NCBI GenBank assembly: GCA_021432655.1
Contig: MU271334.1
Location: forward strand, 1-64,000
Length of the DNA stretch: 64,000 nt
From: Atractiella rhizophila
Taxonomy: Eukaryota
Direction of reading: 5' to 3'
In this document: positions 1 to 10,264 of the stretch, in pieces
How the letters are laid out: each line of letters begins with the position of its first letter
Position numbering within the stretch: the first letter of the stretch is position 1
Notes under the pieces: generated by a model
The model's database searches: none
What the model was told of the DNA's origin: nothing
Seen by the model: the letters and a program-made list of their open reading frames with translations, nothing else
Position numbers and translations under genes: made by a program

Positions 1-283
1 TATTCATTCTCTGCCCTTCTCGCTTCAACCTTTGTTTCGGTGTGACAACTTGAGCATGATTCTCATCGTTGATTTGGGAAACAGGAGGAGCTCGTGAAGC
101 ATATTGGAGGGAAGCGGATGCATCGCGCCGTGAGGAGGAGGGCTTAGGGAGGCTGCTTGTTGTCTGTGGGATACCCAGGAGATACCTGCTGTGGAATAGA
201 TCCTTGCTCTCGGGAGTCCGCTGTCCTCCTTTGTTAGAGGCTTCATCGATCAATGAGTTCGAAAGATGGGAAACGACATTCAT
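1..283 (-). CDS. 5' end of a hypothetical gene running off the window (MNVVSHLSNSLIDEASNKGG..., Ser/Pro-rich, open to position 1)
   Basis: Uninterrupted minus-strand frame from ATG at 283 to the window edge; TATA-like sequence near 421-428. No family recognised. Confidence 0.3.
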   Translation of the reverse strand, partial: MNVVSHLSNSLIDEASNKGGQRTPESKDLFHSRYLLGIPQTTSSLPKPSSSRRDASASLQYASRAPPVSQINDENHAQVVTPKQRLKREGQRMN

Positions 284-458
284 TCACTTTCCCCTAAGGT
301 GCAGGGGTGGAGATAACAACATACACTGTTGTCCTTCACCGCTGGCAACGCAAGTTCAATTCAGGAAATCGCCTGCTGTATCCAGTCAGATCCAGTGCTG
401 CAGAGTGCGGTGCTCCTTGCTTATATACTCTCTTAGCAAAGAGCAAAAGGTTGTTGAC

Positions 459-538
459 TTCGGAGGATTAATGTCGACCGCGTGGTAAACATAGATGAAT
501 GTAAACAGATGTAAACAAACTGATTTGTGGTATATATA
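459..538 (+). promoter_or_regulatory. Conserved upstream module of ncRNA copy 1: TTCGGAGGATTAAT, GTCGACCGCGTGG, 3x GTAAACA, ATTTGTGG, TATATATA
   Basis: The same motifs occur in the same order upstream of the copy at 9240-9325 (-); most recur at 8760-8820 (-) and the proximal ones at 13330-13399 (+). Confidence 0.6.
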
Positions 539-564
539 CTGGGTTCAATAGTTACTTTTCGTGC

Positions 565-674
565 AAACACCGTTCTGCGTTCTTGGCTCAATGGTTACCA
601 CCTCGGAGGCCGTTCGCCATGGCGTTGGGGCCCCAACTAGCCATGGGTTCGGAGCACCGTCTGGTCACTTTTTT
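565..674 (+). ncRNA. Putative Pol III structured ncRNA, copy 1 (divergent variant); 5' end approximate
   Basis: TATA 531-538; A box TGGCTCAATGG 584-594; B-box-like GGTTCGGAGC 646-655; T6 at 669-674; long hairpin 594-668; homologous to 9103-9212 and 13426-13535. Confidence 0.65.
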
Positions 675-1145
675 CACCTTACTCAGCGAGACAACTACAA
701 CCAAACACTGCTTTACTCTCTGTTTGCACCTCTTTCCTCTGAAAATTTGCATTTTATTGGGCTATAGAACAGGTTAATGAATCCAGTCGGCTCAAATCTA
801 ATTATGGCACTTTGCTGGCGGAATTTTGTATACACATTCGTGACCGAGACATGGGCAGCTGCACGCCTGCAAATGTAGTATACTAGAAGGCTGAGAGAAA
901 CTTTCTTTTTCTTTGTAACAATGGAGGGAAACTAGAATTGAGTTTACCTTGCAGCAGAGCAGAAGAGAGGAAACAATGATGAACACGCTGTCATCATGAA
1001 GCCATCTTTCTTCGCAGCTCCCCGACACGCAATGCGACATCCATCTATCCATCCAACTTAGGTATTTCTCTTGCGTTAGTTTCTCCAGGGAACATACCGA
1101 TAGCATTGTTAGGTGCAAGAACAATAATATGAATACAGACTGAAC

Positions 1146-3092
1146 TCAGACCTTTCGATCAGGCTTGATAACCTCCCACGTTCCACTCTCCTCTCCTTCT
1201 GCTGTGTCCAAAAGTGAAGAGTTACTTGACTTCCGCGTAAGTTTGGGCTCACTGACACCCAGATTATGTCGTGATATTGGAGCAGGGGGAGGGACATGAT
1301 CTTTCTTCACCCGTCGTGGCATGTTGCTCCGCAAGAAAGCAACATCCCACGGATTTGAGACGGCTGGATTCCGCGAGGAGAGCTCTTCGGCAGTAGGAAA
1401 ATAGGAAGAGATATCAACTCCATCCCACCATGCTTGCTGATCGTCACTTGGGGGTGGCACTAGAAATCAACTGTGAGAATCGAGATCATGTCCTCGGGGG
1501 GTTGGGAGCGTGCCATCAAATACCGCAAGATCCTTAAAGTCTTCTAGGTTATCGTACGAGTCTTCTATTCCTTGTGCTTTAGCTGCCAGAATAACAGATT
1601 GGTCTTGCTGCAACTTTGCGATAAGGGCTGCCTTCTTCTGAACATCAATCGTTCTCACGGAGGCCCTGAATTGGCCGTAAACTGCGAACAGGATGAACAT
1701 CACTCGTCAGACCGACAAACAGACATACCCGGTCGATGATCCGACTGGTAAAGCTTCGCCGTTGTGTACTTCCAAATGTCTAACTCACGACCTCGGTAAA
1801 ATATTCGGTCTGTCCAGGCTGGGATCCTTTGCTTCTCGCTGGTGTCATATACCTCTGTTCCCCTTCAAAACCTTGAATTGCAATCATAGAGGAAGTGCAA
1901 TGACTGACTGGTCATATTTGTATGTAGGACGAAAGGTAATCGGGGCCTCGGCATAGCCCGCAAAAACGTTACGCGTAGCCATAGATAGTCTCAACTGTTA
2001 AGAGCATTCATTGATGACTTTGCGGTGAGCTACTGGCGTACCTGGTCTCCTTGTAGCAAGCTGTCATAATCATCTGCTTCTGCCAGCATGCGAACTTCCT
2101 CGTTTTGCAGCGATATGCGATAGTTGAAGTCGCCCAGCCAAATTACATTGCTTCGACCACGAAGATCAGTTCGGTAGTTACAATACAAACGTAAGGCTTA
2201 CTCATGAGTGTCAATTCGACGTCCACGCTGGAATTTCAGCTCGCTTGAAATGGTGAAGTAGTCCCGGTTTCGCTCTTCCACAGCAGAATGTCCAGCGGCG
2301 AAGTGCGCAGTGATGAAGCAGAACGACGTATCACGAAAGTCAAGGCGAATGGCCACCGCTCCTTTATTCCCTGTGACACCTTTGAAGCCAGTCTACACGC
2401 ATTTCGGTTAACTTGCGAGAGGATTAATATCGGCACCATTACCTTTTTCGTTGTGGCCTCAACGTTGCGAATGTCGTGTGCCACCGAACTCTTCACCAGA
2501 ATGATCAGAGCCGTTCCCACAAGTTGTTCCGAACGAAGGATGAAGTATGAGCTCTTGTGTTCTTCACGCTCCGCCAAATTCTGCATGATGAATTGTTCCC
2601 ATCGTCGCCTGTTCTGTCATCAGTTCCGCCGTTGATGAAGGGACGGGAATTGCATGCTTTTTTTCCGGGTCAGTAGCCATGATCTGTTGGGGTGAGAGTT
2701 CAACGATCTCCTGAAAACCTAATACCAAGAGCTCGGGCTCGATTGATGGGTCTGGAAAGAAGAAGGGGAGAAGAGATTCCGAGCCTGGTGGCCGGCCGCA
2801 GAGATTGTAAGTTCCCACCCAAAGAGTCAAATCCTGTGAGGTAGAATACTCGGCTATTCGTTCAGCGACAAGATCACGAAGGTAGTCGTGATGAGGATCG
2901 AAGATGAGGACCTTTTGCTGGTCGGGAAGATTACCCTGAAAGGCTCTTTCAGCAGGCGTAACTTGAAAGTGATCAGCGTACGAGCAGAGCATCTATCGCC
3001 ATTTGCTTATTCCCGTCGACGAAGTTGCTGATGTACATTCTTCCCACTCGCTTTGTTGCATCGGAAAGGAAGCCTGGTCGAAATTGAATTCT
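1146..3092 (-). CDS. Synaptojanin-like inositol polyphosphate 5-phosphatase (Inp51/52/53 family), 3' part only; 5' part lost at the gap
   Basis: End of Sac1 region (GRMYISNFVDGNKQMAIDALL), then 5-phosphatase motifs WVGTYNL, LVLGFQEIVELSPQQI, SEQLVG, GNKGAVAIR, WLGDFNYR, PTYKYD, SDHRPV-like; multi-exon. Confidence 0.9.
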
Positions 3093-3268
3093 NNNNNNNN
3101 NNNNNNNNNNNNNNNNNNNNNNNNNNNNNNNNNNNNNNNNNNNNNNNNNNNNNNNNNNNNNNNNNNNNNNNNNNNNNNNNNNNNNNNNNNNNNNNNNNNN
3201 NNNNNNNNNNNNNNNNNNNNNNNNNNNNNNNNNNNNNNNNNNNNNNNNNNNNNNNNNNNNNNNNNNNN
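3093..3268. other. Assembly gap (176 N)
   Basis: Run of N. Confidence 1.
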
Positions 3269-5975
3269 ACTCAGCTTCACCTACCTTACGACTAAGAAGA
3301 GCCACGACCTACGAATCCATCACCAGCTCGACTATCTACCTCCGCACTTACCTCCAGCCTCCTACAACCCGTTGTTCTTCTATCTCCCGACAAACCCCTA
3401 CCAGTTCCAGCCCCTACCACGCAATGCAGTAAGGAGGAAACGATACTAGAACACCCTAACGCAAACAGAGCAACCTTCTCGAAACACTTCAGAAGTCGAC
3501 TTCTCCGCCTACGGAGTTACTCCGATGGAAAGACCCCTTCCAACTGGCACGCTAGAGAATGTCTCTCTCTCTCTCTAACCGACACAGATACTGTCGAGTT
3601 CCAAAGAGTAAAGTAGGGACGTGAGATTTGCTAGGTCTTGGAGAGTTCAAGAAACAGCTTTTCAAATGTACACACACACAACAGCTTCAGGCAAGTTCCA
3701 CCTAATGGAAAGTGGCGTCAGCGAAAATAACGAAGTAAAAGAATCACGGCTTCGTTACCTCTATGTCAAACAATTTATAACTCGAACAAGAAGATAAGTA
3801 TGTAACACTTACCTTCGCCACGGAAACAAGGTGGTAATCGAGCTTTGAAAGGGTTCGAGTGAAGCACATCCGCATGAGACAAGAAACGAGACAAATTTCG
3901 CAGGTACAGGTTGAAGAACTAGGCGAAAGAGACGCATATATAGACACAAAGAACTCCTTTGAAAAGTTAATCCTGGAGTGTACTTGTGAAAGCGTCTCTT
4001 ACAAGACAGTGATTGCTAGAACGCCGTCTATATAAGGAACGAGAACACTGTTCACGACGTCGAAACTCAAGGGTGTAGCTTGGGTAAAGGGCTTAGCAGC
4101 GGCAGCTGAAGCAGACAAACTGTAGACGCTTGACCCTACCGGAAAGAAGGAAACTGGTTAGCTGGCTGAGCCTAATGCTGCTGCCAGTTGGAAGTTGCCG
4201 TCTTGTAGGGACGAGATCGAACTCCTTCTATAACTGGTTACCGGTTAAAATAAAGAGGAGGCGCAAGCTGGACAGTTGAGCTGACCTTCGCGCTTAGGAC
4301 TCCGTGAGATTCAGTTTAGTAGTGCGTCTACTCTTTGTGTAAGAAGGACTACCTCTCCTAGCCTGACCACGCTCTCCCCCTTGTGCCACCTGTTATGCTG
4401 CTCTCTAAAAACACCTTAAAAAAGAACCAACTATCAAACAACTCCAAATCCCTACCTGACCTCTGCCGATTCTTCCTCCGCAAGCTGTTCAGACCTAAAA
4501 ACCATACATGTAGTCAGACGTAGTAAAAGACCGATTGAACCCTAGTCTAAGAATAGTAAGTTCCTAAGACGAGGCAAAAGCTATAGTTACACCCTCCGTG
4601 TCGTACGTGATAGTCAGAGTATAGAGCTGATAGGATGTTTGCTCGTCCCTGTTCCATGTTGAGGTCTCCCCAACTGCACGCAATCAGTGCTGAGACTTGT
4701 TTGGAAGCGATTACCTCTCCCGTCCTGCTACCATTACATCGTTTAAAACAACTTTGTCTTTGGGATAAGTCTTGTGGCCTGGATACGAACTCAATACAAG
4801 TTCCGCTCAGCAAGGACCTGGTTACAGTTGCGTGGACTAGACTGAGGTATCAATCCCCTTCACACGGACATAAAACCCATCCGTAGGAAAGGGAGTCTTC
4901 CTAGGGGGAGTCTTAGGGAGGTCCTTGTTTCGCGAGGTCCGGAACCTCCCCAACAACCCCCACCTGAACGGCCGAACCCAGGTCGTTTACACGCGTAGTG
5001 AGCCGGCGAGTAACGACCAGCCTCTCGGAAGCTCGTTGTGAAGTACCTGGAAGAGCTTTGGATGCTTGCCCAAGTGCCTAACTTAGACGAGCCCTGAGCC
5101 CCTTCCACTTCCACGTGAGAGCTTGCGCATAGTTCTTGTATAGGAGCTGAAGTAGGCATTAGCTCGACGTTTGCAAGTGCTGCTTCTCTTCTGACTAGGA
5201 TGACCAACCGTAGTTATTGCAACGTCTACTACGAGGTCATAGGGAGTGCGTGAAACTAAAAGTAAGGGCACACGCGAGACCTCCCTACCTTGTTCACGCT
5301 CTAGTCGACTACTCGGGACTCAAAGGCCAGTTCCTGCTCTCGCTTTACATACCCATGACGAATCGCTCGCCCGACGGCCCGCTCCTCCTGAATCACTACT
5401 TCGTTGCCCCTCACAAAGCTTCGTTAACGAACCTAACCAAGCGGAAAAGTAAAGGAAAGAACAACGGGACGAGTTACTAGTGCATCAGAACTGTCTTGTT
5501 TGCAGCATGTCCTATACGAAAGCGCCGTTCGAGACCTCGTAAAGGAGTAGTTGACGTTAGGCTGCACCCGAATGAGGCTACGCTAGACCAGTTGCGTAGC
5601 GTGTAACACCCGGCTTCACTCGCTGTAAAAACAAGCACTACTTTGAGTAGAGTGACTGTAAAGATCTTACCTCTGCGTGAAAGAGCGTAGATACGACCAT
5701 GCCCCCGGGATTTATGGTCGAAGTGGGCCTGCCCTTTTTTCTGCGAACCTCCAGTCAAATAGAAAAGCACCGAGCCACAGTACAGCCTCCGAGATGACAC
5801 GGAGAAAAGAAGCACGGATGGGGAAGCAGACCTGAGGCGCCCTTGACTCCTGCGGCGGTAAAGAGAACTTGAGAGCAGTAAGAGTGTGAGGGGAGAAGAG
5901 GGTGAGACTGCGCGGCTGAGCATGGGAGTACAGGGAGAGCGACATTCTGCTGTCACAGCGGAAGGGACGTGTCAG
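3269..5975. mobile_element. Degenerate, compositionally distinct island (ApT-poor, TpA-rich), probably a decayed repeat or mobile element of unidentified class
   Basis: Only short ORFs (up to ~160 aa) with no recognisable domain; strong dinucleotide skew with a sharp boundary near 5970-6000; abuts a gap. No transposase/RT motif, LTR or TIR recognised. Confidence 0.35.
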
Positions 5976-6323
5976 GATATCTTTGACCAGAGTTCAAATT
6001 ATCGACGATATGATCCTTGCTTGGGTCGGTTGCGATAATCAGATGCTTGAATATGAAGCTTTGAAGTTGCAAGTCGCGATCTACTCAAACTTAAAATCCC
6101 TTGTGTAATATCTCCCTAACTTGGAGATCGCGTCTTGGTGTTGTTGTTGTGGAACTTTCTTTTAAGGGGCGTCAAGAGCAGCATATATAAAGGACCAATG
6201 ATCCCATCAGCTCAAACCACCCACTTGAATCCCCAAATCTACGTTCAAAGAACGTCCAAAGGTCAGCCTGCCTCACCTTGATACAGTATTTGTCCTGATT
6301 CTGTATTCGACCAGCGTTTCGAG

Positions 6324-8170
6324 ATGTCTGTCCACGGAATTCAGCTCTTCAGCTTTCTTGCTACCGACGGGTCAGGGACGCAGAGAATTCTTAGCCGTCA
6401 CAAGCTGGTCGTGCTTGTGCCCCAACATCATCCGTTAGGAGATCAAGAGCTTCGCTTCCAATGCCCCTTTCGAACCTGCACCTCACGGCTGTCGCTGTCC
6501 CAACATACAAAATTGCGCGACCATTTCAAGAAATGTCATCCATCGCAGAAGGTTACCTTTTTCGACGCTCGCAGAGTAGGGAAGGCATATTTTGAGTACG
6601 CTTGCTCTCCTTATCTACTTGCTGATTCACTCGTCGTTGAAGCGAGGATGGCATCGAATACGAGCTTGGAGACAATGATTCCTTCTATCGCGTCGATGGA
6701 ATCATCGGGGAAAAACGATTCACCATCGAAACCGTCGAAGAAGAAGAGGAAACTCTTCCCTGGTATGTCTCTCTGCTCTCATTCTCTCTCCCTCTGAACA
6801 ATAGTAACTGTCGTGTAGGGACTTCTCTCGTTTAGAAGGTGCCGTTATACGCCCCATCCCATCGTCCTCGGCGCCGTCCTCGCGCTCGCCTTCACCAATT
6901 CCTCCACCTTCCCCTGAAGAGTTTCAAGGATCCGACTACGAGGATCTTTCGGAAGACACCTCCTCTGAGTCCTCTGAGTCCTCTGCCTCCTTATCTTCCC
7001 ATCCCGTTGCAGATGAGCTCGACCCGTTCGATCGTTCCACTATATCGTCTGGAGAAGAATCGTCATCCGAATCTTCAGAAGAGGCTGGTTCTATCCAGAA
7101 GTCCCCAAAGAAGGAGTCAACTCCCTTAGAGATCCTAACCGCTGCGAATGGCGGGCCTCTATTCCGTCCACCGTCACCATCGCCAGATGCAGATGATGAA
7201 ACAGTTCTTGAATCCACCTTGGTCAAGAATGAAAGCGACCACTCCGACGCCGAATTCCCCCCAGTCGACGAGCAGGCCAATCCCGGAAAGGTCTTCTACC
7301 TTACGCTTTCCAACTCCTCTGGCAAAATTCTTCGTCATAAGCAGACGGCTCAGCGACTAGTCCACGTCTGCTCTGACCAATCCGGTCGACCGGTCGACTT
7401 CTCGTGCCCAATTTCGAGCTGTCGTTTTGTTGCGACGAGGATATATAAGGCGAGAATTCATCTTGAAAATGAGCATGCGAACGTGCTGAGCATCATTGCT
7501 CATCCCCAGAGTGGCACGGACCTATACTTTCGGGTGTTTGTTTTCCTAGTAGCATTCTCCTCTCCAACTTACTGAAAGCATTTTTGCAGGTTTCCGGATG
7601 GTGTCCGAAGGCAATTGGATTATGAAAAGAGAAGATTTTGGATGGTAGACGGAGAAGAGAAGCAATATCGCATCGAGTCGGAGTCGGAGGAGAAGGAACC
7701 CCTGATATGGTGAGCAATTCCTTGTGCACAAGTCCATGAACGCCGCGCTCAAAAACCATATGGATAGGGATGGATGGGGAAGTAGGATCTTGGCTGACAA
7801 GGGCACAGTGGGCGCTGTTCGCCGGTTGAAGCGTCAACGTCAGTCAACCGCCTCATCCAATTCCTCCATGCAGCCTTCCCTATCACCCCAACGGCACACC
7901 CCTGCTCCACCTGACCAACGTACAGTGGCCGACCTGGAGGCGTTATCACGGACCGTAGCACGTCTCCGGAAAGAAGAAGAGGAACTTTTCCTGAAGGCTT
8001 TTCCCTATCAGGTCAAGCTTCTGGAAATTCAAATTGCGGAGCAAAAGGAGATTCAACAGCAACTGCTGAAGAAACTCTATCCGAAAAAGGACGAAGAAGA
8101 TCGACAGTGGCGCGAAGCACTCAAGCAATTGAGAGCCCGTCGTTCCAATAATGCGCCTGCAGAAAATTGA
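6324..8170 (+). CDS. Zn-finger module family gene A: two C2H2-containing EPLxW modules, acidic Ser/Pro linker, C-terminal coiled coil
   Basis: FQCPFRTC...LRDHFKKCH and FSCPISSC...RIHLENEH; spliced tails ...VDGIIGEKRFTIETVEEEEETLPW and ...MVDGEEKQYRIESESEEKEPLIW; TATA ~6185; coiled coil ~7930-8140. Confidence 0.7.
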
Positions 8171-8664
8171 TGTCGATTAATGGCAATACGAGCCAGTTTT
8201 TTTCTTGTCGAGAGTTACTCCTGTTGCAGTAATTCTTTCTACTCTCACTTTGGCGTGTTGTCTTCCTAAAGACTCCAAACTTGACAGTCTGAACAATTTT
8301 CAGTTTGCATTTTTATTGTAAAAAAATTAGTATACAGTAGTGTAACATAAAAACTATAGGGCTACTTGATTTGTATTATGAAAGATGACTGTTTTCTTGG
8401 GCAATTTCGAGCTTGTCATCTGCCCACTCGTCTATCTGAAGGCTCCACTTAATTCCCCAATCCAATTCCTTCGGGCAGTGCACATTTCAAAGCTCCATCG
8501 CAGTTGGCCATCGCGTCAATGAAGAACGTGGAGAGGACGCCTAGGTACCCAATCGAACGACCCAGTCAACGAAGATCGAATGAAGCACCACGGCAGAACG
8601 AACATTTCCGAGAAGCTTGAAATGGATTCAAGCTTCAAGTGCATTCCAGTATGGAAAGAAAGAA

Positions 8665-8826
8665 CAACATCCACGCCAACGCCTTGCAAGGGCGGTAATC
8701 ATTGATGCAAGAACGCAGAATCGTGTTCGCACGAAAATAACATGGTGTGGAACCCAGAATACACACCACAAAATCGGTTTGTTAACTGATTACAGGCAAT
8801 CCCATCATTAATCCTCCGAAGGTCAC
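8665..8826 (-). pseudogene. Decayed, 3'-truncated fourth copy of the putative Pol III ncRNA gene, including its upstream module
   Basis: Reverse complement reads ttcggaggattaat...aaaccgattttgtggtgtgtattctgggttc...ttcgtgcgaacacgattctgcgttcttgcatcaatgattaccgcc, aligning to 459-602. TATA and A box are mutated; the hairpin, B box and T6 are absent. Confidence 0.65.
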
Positions 8827-9102
8827 CTCAAGCGAGAGCGATTGTAATAAGCAACGCAGGCTGAGAGCTGAACTATGCAGTGTTGCTTCTACGATGATAT
8901 TAGTTTACCGTATTTTGTTACTGTAACTACTTGGACTGAAAGAGGAAGTAAAATGTGAGATTGTCACATGAGCCTCTGTCTTAATACTTCGCTTACGAGT
9001 CCTTTCAGAGAAGAGAAAGATGTCAGGTTGAATTGACAAAAGAGAAGCAAAGGGGAAAGAATATCAATGGCTGGGTTTGTTTGGTTGTAGTTGTCATGGG
9101 TG

Positions 9103-9212
9103 AAAAAAGAGACGAGACGGTGCTCCGAACCCAGGACTCGTTGGGGCCCCCGAGGACTGGCGAACGGCTTCCGAGTCGTCTACCACTGAGCCAAGAACGC
9201 AGAATGGTGCAT
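9103..9212 (-). ncRNA. Putative Pol III structured ncRNA, copy 2
   Basis: Exact reverse complement of copy 3 over the whole unit; A6 at 9103-9108 is the terminator. Confidence 0.65.
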
Positions 9213-10264
9213 CGTGTAAAATATACTGCAGAACCATCTATATATACCACAAAAATTGGTTTGTTTGTGCCTGTTTACACTGATTTACATTAGCCACGCG
9301 GTCGACGGTCGATTAATCTTCCGAATTCAACCATCCAGCCAAGCGTCCAGAGTCCAGAGTAATGTAACGTTGCTAAACACACTCCTGTGAGTAAATAGCG
9401 TGTAGCGCTAATCGGCGTCCTCTTTCTCGTTGCTTTCAGCGAAAACTCTATGTAAATTACTTTGGATTAGCTAGACCTACTCTCTGCCATACATGTGGAT
9501 ATCTTTTTTAAGAAATATAAACGAGAAACAACTACTAAGCGACTGGTCTGTTAGGAATGAAGGGAATCGGGCAAAAATTAAAGGGTGAAAGAGAATGGAA
9601 GAGGAGATCGGAGCGAGACCGTGCGAAAACCATGCGATGGTGGAGTCAATGGAAAGGAGTCCCGTCCATCACCCGCACCTTCAGCCTAACATTCACCTAA
9701 ATCAACTGCCTTAAAACCCCCCACCATACTCTGATTAGAGCGCAATGGATGTGGAATAGTCAATCGACGGAGAATATGTGCATGAAACACGGCGGGTAAA
9801 TTTGGATTACAAGCATGCCAATACTCATCCAGGTGGACTCGACCTGGTGTAAGAGTCGGAAGATGTGCAGTCAATCACCCGACACTCTCGTTGACTTTGT
9901 CAGGCTTACTATAATTATAACCACGAAATCCAAAGGGATGACGAGGTGGAAATAAGAAGCAGTTAGACCACCAGGAGTGGGATGAATAGATAGAAGTATT
10001 CGAAGAAGCGACTAGTGGATGGAGAGCGTTTTCGTTCTCCCAAAGACAAGGCTCTGCCTTCAGTTTACCAAGATAACATAGAATTCTGTACATAAAGATG
10101 TACGACAACAGACGACAAAACAAAAATGCCAAATAAGATGGACACGGGTCTGAACTTCGAAATATTACTAGACATCACTTGTAAGGCCTTGTCATCTCAA
10201 GGGAGATTTGACTCTCTTAGACCCTCATCAGTTTATTGCTCAACAAATGACCCTTCACTTACAA

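Noticed and set aside
590..670. Self-cleaving ribozyme (hammerhead or HDV-like)
   Set aside because: No CUGAUGA/GAAA core, and no nested double pseudoknot could be built by eye.
565..710. SINE interpretation of the repeated element
   Set aside because: Upstream flanks (~100 bp) are conserved between copies, and there is no TSD or A-rich tail; this fits DNA-level duplication, not retroposition. Not fully excluded without genome-wide copy number.
3560..3680. (TC)n and (CA)n microsatellites
   Set aside because: Short and unremarkable.
9023..9293. Short ORFs over the repeats (MVYIDGSAVYF..., also 13310-13684 and 561-777)
   Set aside because: They are translations of the non-coding repeat, and the frames are not conserved between variants.
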